In this document: positions 1 through 4,074 of the stretch, in pieces
Layout of the letters: each line of letters opens with the position of its first letter
Position numbering within the stretch: the stretch's first letter is position 1
DNA from: a virus
Lineage: Duplodnaviria; Heunggongvirae; Uroviricota; Caudoviricetes
IMG/VR virus record: IMGVR_UViG_2657245015_000016
Span: 1-5,495 of that record
Length of the DNA: 5,495 bases
Direction: 5' to 3' (one strand)
Made by a program: the position numbers and the translations under genes
The notes under the pieces: model-generated
The model's input: the letters and a program-made list of their open reading frames with translations, nothing else
Told to the model about the DNA's origin: nothing
The model's database searches: none

Positions 1-1
1 C

Positions 2-106
2 GAACGTCTGGTACAGGCACTGGGCCTGGTGGATATCCGGGTGCCGGACCATCTGATAGTCGGTGGCAACCAGGTTTTCTCCTTTGCCGAACATGGTCTG
101 CTTTAA
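2..106 (+). CDS. 3' end of a RadC-like (JAB/MPN, UPF0758) protein gene; partial, 5' end lies outside the window
   Basis: Frame is open from the window edge to TAA at 104-106. The translated tail [34 protein letters not shown] resembles the conserved C-terminus of RadC-like proteins of CP4-type islands (YeeS/YfjY/YkfG family). This is recalled similarity, not a search result. Confidence 0.55.
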   Translation, partial: ERLVQALGLVDIRVPDHLIVGGNQVFSFAEHGLL

Positions 107-168
107 CCCGTCACAACCACATCACACCTGTTTTCACTTTTATCTTCTGTCTTCAGAGGTATCACATC

Positions 169-390
169 ATGAGAATCATCACCCGTGGTGAAGCCATGCG
201 TATTCACCAACAGCATCCTGCATCCCGTCTTTTTCCGTTCTGTACCGGTAAGTATCGCTGGCACGGCAGTGCTGAAGCGTATACTGGTCGTGAAGTGCAG
301 GATATTCCCGGCGTTCTTGCCGTGTTTGCAGAACGCCGTAAGGACAGTTTTGGCCCGTATGTCCGGCTGATGAGTGTCACCCTGAACTGA
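169..390 (+). CDS. YeeT/YpjJ/YkfH-family small protein (DUF987), the gene that normally sits between radC-like and cbeA in CP4-type islands
   Basis: 73-aa ORF with GAGG about 10 nt upstream of the ATG at 169. The sequence MRIITRGEAMRIHQQHP...FPFCTGKYRWHGSAEAYTGREVQDIPGVLAVFAERRKDSFGPYVRLMSVTLN matches my recollection of E. coli YeeT-family proteins. Its position, radC-like then this ORF then cbeA-like, matches the CP4-44/CP4-57 gene order. Confidence 0.6.
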   Translation: MRIITRGEAMRIHQQHPASRLFPFCTGKYRWHGSAEAYTGREVQDIPGVLAVFAERRKDSFGPYVRLMSVTLN

Positions 391-552
391 TGTTCCGTCA
401 CCCGGGAAACGAGTACGACCAGATGACCTCAGACGCCGCTGTGGATGAGGCCATTCTCATCAATGCATACATCTTCACCGAAACCGGTCAGCGCGCCGGC
501 TGACCTGTCATCGTTAAACCATTCTTAACCACTTTTCAGAGAGGATTTTATC

Positions 553-1173
553 GTGTCAGACAAACTCTCCGGGATAACTCATCCCGATGACAATCACGAC
601 CGCCCCTGGTGGGGGCTTCCCTGCACAGTGAGGCCCTGTTTTGGCGCTCGTCTGGTGCAAGAGGGTAACCGCCTGCATTACCTTGCCGACCGCGCCGGTA
701 TCAGAGGCCGCTTCAGCGACGCAGATGCATACCATCTGGACCAGGCCTTTCCGCTGCTGATGAAACAACTGGAACTCATGCTCACCAGCGGTGAACTGAA
801 TCCCCGATATCAGCATACCGTCACGCTGTATGCAAAAGGGCTGACCTGCGAAGCCGACACCCTCGGCAAATGTGGCGGAAAGGGTGAGGTTTCCACCGCC
901 TGTAAGGATTGCCGTGGGCGTGGTGTCGCCATTCATCGTGAAGAGTCGGTAAAACGTGGTATGCCTGTTATCAGAGACTGCCAGCGTTGTGGTGGTCGTG
1001 GCTGTGAAAGACTACCATCAACGGAGGCATTTAATGCCATATGCAAAGTGACGAGTGCTATCACGCTTGATACGTGGAAAAAATCAGTGAAACGCTTTTA
1101 CGATACGTTGGTGGTTCGGTTTGACATTGAAGAGGCATGGGCGGAGCGGCAGTTAAAGAGGGTAACGCGATAG
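553..1173 (+). CDS. Chimeric ORF: N-terminal ~105 aa of a CbeA/YeeU/YfjZ-family antitoxin fused in frame to the C-terminal ~100 aa of a lambda-Q-family late antiterminator; probably a junction fusion or pseudogene
   Basis: GTG start at 553 with AGAGGA 8 nt upstream. Residues 1-~105 (MSDKLSGITHPDDNHDRPWWGLPCTVRPCFGARLVQEGNRLHYLADRAGIRG...LTSGELNPRYQHTVTLYAKGLTCEADTLG) carry the hallmark GARLVQEGNRLHYLADRA motif of CbeA/YeeU antitoxins. Residues ~110-206 (ACKDCRGRGVAI...IRDCQRCGGRG...LDTWKKSVKRFYDTLVVRFDIEEAWAERQLKRVTR) align with the lambda Q C-terminus (CRDCHGTGRAV...ECGRCKGVGY...QPTWSRTVKPLYDALVVQCHKEESIADNILNAVTR), including the CxxC...CxxC zinc site. A lambda-like pR' lies immediately downstream. 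Confidence 0.8.
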   Translation: MSDKLSGITHPDDNHDRPWWGLPCTVRPCFGARLVQEGNRLHYLADRAGIRGRFSDADAYHLDQAFPLLMKQLELMLTSGELNPRYQHTVTLYAKGLTCEADTLGKCGGKGEVSTACKDCRGRGVAIHREESVKRGMPVIRDCQRCGGRGCERLPSTEAFNAICKVTSAITLDTWKKSVKRFYDTLVVRFDIEEAWAERQLKRVTR

Positions 1174-1178
1174 TGTTG

Positions 1179-1218
1179 TTGATTTTTCCCGAATCTGTGG
1201 TAAATTTGCTCTAACGAT
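1179..1218 (+). promoter_or_regulatory. pR'-like late promoter with a sigma70-dependent promoter-proximal pause element (the expected Q-utilisation region)
   Basis: TTGATT (1179-1184), a 16-nt spacer, then TAAATT (1201-1206), followed by TGCTCTAACGATGGG. This closely resembles lambda pR' (GGTAAATTTGACTCAACGATGGG) and sits directly after the Q-like stop codon, as in lambdoid phages. Confidence 0.55.
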
Positions 1219-1255
1219 GGGCGTTTTATGCCTGACGTTAGAAGATTTTTTACAC

Positions 1256-1278
1256 CCCGCCGCCTGGCGGGTTTTTTT
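1256..1278 (+). terminator. tR'-like intrinsic terminator ending a short pR' transcript (6S-RNA-like)
   Basis: Stem CCCGCC (1256-1261) pairs with GGCGGG (1266-1271) around loop GCCT, followed by seven T (1272-1278). It lies about 65 nt downstream of the predicted pR' start. Confidence 0.7.
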
Positions 1279-1400
1279 ATGACTGAAATCGCGTCAGTAC
1301 AGTAAACGCGCTGGTGGCGGTGAATACCTGTCTTTCAGCTTGCTGGCTTTTTCGACAAGAGTTATTGGTGTGTCACGTTAACCGGAAAAGGGAAAAAGAC

Positions 1401-1598
1401 ATGCTAAAACAGCAGGATATGACAGAAACCGCCAGAGTAGTGTTTAATGAATTAAGCGTTACCGAACCGGCGACAGTCGGGGAGATTGCACAGAATACTT
1501 ACCTTTCACGCGAACGCTGCCAGTTAATACTGACCCAGCTGGTTATGGCGGGTCTGGCAGACTATCAGTTCGGTTGTTACAGACGCCTTCCGCAGTGA
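1401..1598 (+). CDS. Small (66 aa) winged-helix/DeoR-type HTH protein, hypothetical
   Basis: ATG at 1401 is preceded by an AAGGGAAAAAGAC purine-rich stretch. The segment TVGEIAQNTYLSRERCQLILTQLVMAGL has the pattern of a DeoR-like helix-turn-helix. The stop codon falls in the loop of a terminator hairpin. The longer track ORF starting at 1314 is not preferred because it begins in the tR'-proximal region without a ribosome-binding site. Confidence 0.4.
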   Translation: MLKQQDMTETARVVFNELSVTEPATVGEIAQNTYLSRERCQLILTQLVMAGLADYQFGCYRRLPQ

Positions 1599-1608
1599 AG
1601 GCTTTTTT
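1585..1608 (+). terminator. Intrinsic terminator after the small HTH ORF
   Basis: GCCTTC (1585-1590) pairs with GAAGGC (1597-1602) around loop CGCAGT, followed by TTTTTT (1603-1608). Confidence 0.5.
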
Positions 1609-1748
1609 ATTTGTGGTAAATGGGCGGCTGGTGGGTGTTAGGGGCACCCACCAGCCATCTGCTCATGCGTTGGGTTCACAAGCAAACCTCAGGCCCACTG
1701 CTTTGCGCAAAAGCAGAATGAGCCTATCAGAGACAGGCTTAATGATCC

Positions 1749-2798
1749 ATGCTTAATACTGTAAAAATATCCAGTTGTGAGTTAATCAACGCCGACTGCC
1801 TGGAATTTATCCGGTCGTTACCCGAAAATTCTGTTGACCTGATAGTCACGGACCCGCCGTACTTTAAAGTGAAGCCTGAGGGCTGGGATAACCAGTGGAA
1901 GGGCGACGATGATTACCTGAAGTGGCTGGACCAGTGTCTGGCGCAGTTCTGGCGGGTGCTGAAACCTGCCGGAAGTCTTTACCTGTTCTGTGGTCATCGC
2001 CTGGCATCTGATATCGAAATCATGATGCGTGAACGCTTCAGTGTGCTGAACCATATTATCTGGGCGAAGCCGTCCGGACGCTGGAACGGATGCAACAAGG
2101 AAAGCCTGCGGGCGTATTTCCCCGCCACAGAGCGCATTCTGTTCGCGGAACATTATCAGGGGCCGTATCGTCCGAAAGATGCCGGGTATGCGGCGAAGGG
2201 CAGTGCACTGAAACAGCATGTGATGGCCCCGCTGATTTCTTACTTTCGTGATGCGCGCGCGGCCCTGGGGATAACGGCAAAACAGATTGCAGATGCCACA
2301 GGAAAGAAAAACATGGTGTCGCACTGGTTTGGTACCAGTCAGTGGCAGTTACCGAACGAGGGTGATTACAACAAATTGCAGGCGTTGTTTGCGCGTGTTG
2401 CGGCAGAAAAACATCAGCGCGGGGAACTGGAAAAGCCACACCACCAGCTGGTCAGCACATACAGTGAGCTGAACCGGCAGTATATGGAACTGCTGAGTGA
2501 ATATAAAAATTTGCGGAGGTATTTCGGTGTGACGGTGCAGGTGCCGTACACCGATGTGTGGACGTATAAACCGGTGCAGTACTATCCAGGGAAACATCCG
2601 TGCGAAAAACCGGCAGAAATGTTGCAGCAGATAATCAGCGCAAGTAGTCGTCCTGGTGAGCTGGTTGCGGATTTTTTCATGGGGTCGGGTTCAACGGTAA
2701 AAGCGGCGATGGCACTGGGTCGTCGTGCGATTGGTGTTGAGCTGGAGACCGGACGTTTTGAGCAGACAGTCAGGGAAGTTCAGGATTTAATCGTTTGA
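1749..2798 (+). CDS. Orphan DNA methyltransferase, amino-methyltransferase beta class (N6-adenine or N4-cytosine); motif IV DPPY precedes motif I FxGxG
   Basis: 349-aa ORF. LIVTDPPY lies near the N-terminus (catalytic motif IV) and DFFMGSGST near the C-terminus (AdoMet-binding motif I), with a presumed target-recognition region between them. No restriction endonuclease ORF is adjacent. In-frame TGA at 1743-1745 fixes the start at ATG 1749. Confidence 0.9.
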   Translation: MLNTVKISSCELINADCLEFIRSLPENSVDLIVTDPPYFKVKPEGWDNQWKGDDDYLKWLDQCLAQFWRVLKPAGSLYLFCGHRLASDIEIMMRERFSVLNHIIWAKPSGRWNGCNKESLRAYFPATERILFAEHYQGPYRPKDAGYAAKGSALKQHVMAPLISYFRDARAALGITAKQIADATGKKNMVSHWFGTSQWQLPNEGDYNKLQALFARVAAEKHQRGELEKPHHQLVSTYSELNRQYMELLSEYKNLRRYFGVTVQVPYTDVWTYKPVQYYPGKHPCEKPAEMLQQIISASSRPGELVADFFMGSGSTVKAAMALGRRAIGVELETGRFEQTVREVQDLIV

Positions 2799-2809
2799 AA
2801 CGGATGATA

Positions 2810-2838
2810 TTGAAGAATTAATTACGCGTCGTTATTAT
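2810..2838 (+). promoter_or_regulatory. Candidate sigma70 promoter of the tRNA cluster
   Basis: TTGAAG (2810-2815), a 17-nt spacer, then TATTAT (2833-2838). The predicted start is about 8-10 nt before the first tRNA 5' end at 2848. Confidence 0.5.
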
Positions 2839-2847
2839 GCGGCTCCC

Positions 2848-2923
2848 GGCCCTTTAGCTCAGTGGTGAGAGCGAGCGACTCATAATCGCCAGGTCGCTGG
2901 TTCAAATCCAGCAAGGGCCACCA
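2848..2923 (+). tRNA. ileZ: tRNA-Ile2 (anticodon CAU, lysidine-type, reads AUA); ileX/ileZ-like
   Basis: Hand-folded cloverleaf: acceptor GGCCCTT/AAGGGCC, D-stem GCTC/GAGC, anticodon loop CTCATAA, T-arm GCTGG-TTCAAAT-CCAGC, encoded CCA at 2921-2923. It is near-identical in pattern to E. coli ileX from memory. The CAU anticodon alone cannot exclude tRNA-Met. Confidence 0.85.
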
Positions 2924-2930
2924 TCACATA

Positions 2931-3007
2931 CCGCCATTAGCTCATCGGGATAGAGCGCCAGCCTTCGAAGCTGGCTGCGCGGGGTTCAAGTCCCCGATGG
3001 CGGTCCA
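2931..3007 (+). tRNA. argN: tRNA-Arg (anticodon UCG as read from the fold)
   Basis: Acceptor CCGCCAT/ATGGCGG (7 bp), D-stem GCTC/GAGC, anticodon stem CCAGC/GCTGG with loop CTTCGAA (U33, anticodon TCG, A37), T-arm CGGGG-TTCAAGT-CCCCG, encoded CCA at 3005-3007. It starts 8 nt after the preceding tRNA. Confidence 0.85.
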
Positions 3008-3020
3008 TTATCTGCATCAT

Positions 3021-3097
3021 GCGTTGTTAGCTCAGCCGGACAGAGCAATTGCCTTCTAAGCAATCGGTCACTGGTTCGAATCCAGTACAACGCGCCA
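3021..3097 (+). tRNA. argO: tRNA-Arg (anticodon UCU, reads AGA/AGG rare codons)
   Basis: Acceptor GCGTTGT/ACAACGC, D-stem GCTC/GAGC, anticodon stem ATTGC/GCAAT with loop CTTCTAA (anticodon TCT), T-arm ACTGG-TTCGAAT-CCAGT, discriminator G, CCA at 3095-3097. Confidence 0.88.
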
Positions 3098-3111
3098 CAC
3101 TTATTTTCCCT

Positions 3112-3138
3112 GGCTCGCTTTTGCGGGCCTTTTTTTTT
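3112..3138 (+). terminator. Intrinsic terminator of the tRNA operon
   Basis: GGCTCGC (3112-3118) pairs with GCGGGCC (3123-3129), with one G-U pair, around loop TTTT, followed by nine T (3130-3138). Confidence 0.75.
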
Positions 3139-3144
3139 AAATGT

Positions 3145-3359
3145 CTCACAATTCAGACGGTTGACTGTTGTCTGGTTTGCGGGGAGTTTGTTAAAAGAAA
3201 CTGGCATGGTGAATCCCCCTGTGCGGAGGGGCAATCAGCGAGTAGGTATATGGGATAATCGCGGATTCAGGTGCTGGTACTGAATTCACCGGGAGGCACC
3301 CGGCACCATGCAATGGCACATAGCGCCACTCTCCAGCCCCTCTCCGGAGGGGCTTTTCT
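3145..3359 (+). ncRNA. Candidate structured small RNA, copy A of a tandem paralog pair occupying the stx slot
   Basis: Starts at the conserved CTCACAATTCAG block just after the tRNA terminator. Perfectly conserved blocks are shared with copy B: TTTGTTAAAA, CATGGTGAATCCCCCTG, GCGGAGGGGC, CACCGGGAGGCACCCGGCACCATG. It ends in a terminator (7-bp stem GCCCCTC/GAGGGGC at 3336-3353, then TTTTCT). There is no conserved reading frame between copies. No convincing sigma70 promoter was found, so the 5' end is uncertain. Confidence 0.35.
3336..3359 (+). terminator. Intrinsic terminator closing repeat copy A
   Basis: GCCCCTC (3336-3342), loop TCCG, GAGGGGC (3347-3353), then TTTTCT. Confidence 0.6.
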
Positions 3360-3548
3360 GTGCCGGATACATCACAGTTTCTGGAACCTTAGGTACTACA
3401 GTATCAGTCAGGGTGCTATATTTTCAGATGTGATGAAAGCCTGTCAGCAGGCAGGGCGTATCGGAAATGACCCAGTAGAGAAAACGTTGACTCAGATACC
3501 GGTGCTGAGTTACCGGGAAACCGGCATCACATGACCGCTATCCTTCCA

Positions 3549-3575
3549 GGCCCATCCGCTCCGGTGGGCCTTTTT
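3549..3575 (+). terminator. Intrinsic terminator preceding repeat copy B
   Basis: GGCCCATC (3549-3556) pairs with CGGTGGGCC (3562-3570), including one G-U pair, around a 6-nt loop, followed by TTTTT (3571-3575). Confidence 0.6.
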
Positions 3576-3612
3576 ACTGCAGAAAACAGGTTCCCCGTTA
3601 AATGCTATGTTG

Positions 3613-3846
3613 CTCACAATTCAGTAAGTTGACAGTTGCCTGTCAGACTGGGCATTTGTTAAAAAAATTTCGCATGGTGAATCCCCCTGAGCGGAGGGGC
3701 GACTGGTGACGGTATAATCTCTGATTATCAAAACGAGAATGACGCGGGTTTAGTGGCACCGGGCTGAACTCACCGGGAGGCACCCGGCACCATGTGCATG
3801 ATGATACAGATACGCGGCTTTAGCCCCTCTCCGGAGGGGTTTTCTT
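3613..3846 (+). ncRNA. Candidate structured small RNA, copy B of the tandem paralog pair
   Basis: Same conserved block order as copy A, beginning CTCACAATTCAG at 3613 and ending with terminator CCCCTC/GAGGGG (3824-3839) plus TTTTCTT. The internal 5-bp hairpin CCCCT-N6-AGGGG and the CCGGG-AGGCA-CCCGG hairpin are preserved in both copies. Confidence 0.35.
3824..3846 (+). terminator. Intrinsic terminator closing repeat copy B
   Basis: CCCCTC (3824-3829), loop TCCG, GAGGGG (3834-3839), then TTTTCTT (3840-3846). Confidence 0.6.
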
Positions 3847-3852
3847 GTGGGC

Positions 3853-3880
3853 AAAAAAAGCCCGCGCTGGGAGACGCGGG
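3853..3880 (-). terminator. Candidate minus-strand (or bidirectional) intrinsic terminator
   Basis: On the plus strand, AAAAAAA is followed by GCCCGCG-CTGGGAGA-CGCGGGC (perfect 7-bp stem). Read on the minus strand this is a hairpin followed by a T-run. Confidence 0.35.
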
Positions 3881-3949
3881 CGGCAAGGAATAAACAATAA
3901 AACGTGAAGTAATATTTCAGCTGGCGAATAATACCCCATAGTAATCACT

Positions 3950-3972
3950 CTGCGCAACTGCGCGGTCTTTTT
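3950..3972 (+). terminator. Weak candidate intrinsic terminator upstream of the esterase gene
   Basis: CTGCGC (3950-3955) pairs with GCGCGG (3960-3965) around loop AACT, followed by TCTTTTT. Confidence 0.3.
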
Positions 3973-4074
3973 CGAATTGCGGGCTGTCGTCTCTCTTCTG
4001 CCATTGTCCTGTAACTTCCGGACTTCAGCCCGCTCCTTATTTTACTCACAATATTATCCCGGCCGGGAGGATTC

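Larger units (their letters stand above)
3145..3846 (+). repeat. Two-copy diverged direct repeat (units at about 3145-3359 and 3613-3846; period about 468 bp)
   Basis: Direct comparison of the two units shows several perfectly conserved blocks of 10-24 nt in the same order, separated by diverged or indel segments. A unique ~190-bp spacer (3360-3548) lies between them. Confidence 0.8.

Noticed and set aside
185-401. Overlapping 61-aa (+) and 65-aa (-) ORFs
   Set aside because: Alternative-frame and antisense shadows of the YeeT-like ORF at 169-390.
556-936. 126-aa minus-strand ORF
   Set aside because: Lies entirely antisense within the cbeA-Q fusion ORF, which has recognisable similarity on the plus strand. 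No ribosome-binding site or recognisable motifs. Shadow ORF.
553-1173. Calling this ORF an intact Q antiterminator
   Set aside because: Only the C-terminal half resembles Q. The N-terminal half resembles CbeA-family antitoxins instead.
1314-1598. Longer 94-aa version of the small HTH ORF starting at 1314
   Set aside because: Start sits about 35 nt after tR' with no Shine-Dalgarno sequence. The ATG at 1401 has a purine-rich ribosome-binding site and yields a compact HTH protein.
1703-1731. Possible methyltransferase promoter TTGCGC-17-TATCAG
   Set aside because: Weak -10 (4 of 6) and overlaps a hairpin. Not enough support to annotate.
1574-1756. 60-aa plus-strand ORF
   Set aside because: Spans a terminator hairpin and the 12-bp palindrome. 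Arg/Gly/Val-rich translation typical of GC-rich non-coding DNA.
1818-2597. Three minus-strand ORFs (168, 127, 82 aa) and one plus-strand 61-aa ORF
   Set aside because: All nested inside the methyltransferase gene, which has clear catalytic motifs in its own frame. Antisense and out-of-frame shadows.
3206-3247. Conserved mini-ORF MVNPP(V/E)RRG in both repeat copies
   Set aside because: Only 11-13 codons, no Shine-Dalgarno sequence, and the copies diverge after 9 codons with different stops. The conservation is better explained by the RNA hairpin CCCCT-N6-AGGGG that it overlaps.
2986-3258. 82-aa (-) and 69-aa (+) ORFs
   Set aside because: Overlap the tRNA-Arg genes and the tRNA operon terminator. 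The sequence is explained by the tRNA structures.
3271-3534. 87-aa plus-strand ORF across repeat copy A
   Set aside because: Reads through the copy-A terminator hairpin and its frame is not preserved in copy B (indels). Only its last 33 codons, in the unique spacer, are kept as a weak possibility.
3145-3846. CRISPR array
   Set aside because: Only two repeat copies, about 200 nt each, imperfect, with a 468-bp period. Not short direct repeats with regular spacers.
3098-4074. Shiga-toxin genes stxA/stxB at the canonical position after ileZ-argN-argO
   Set aside because: No ORF of appropriate size (about 319 aa and 89 aa with signal peptides) exists here. The region is non-coding repeats.
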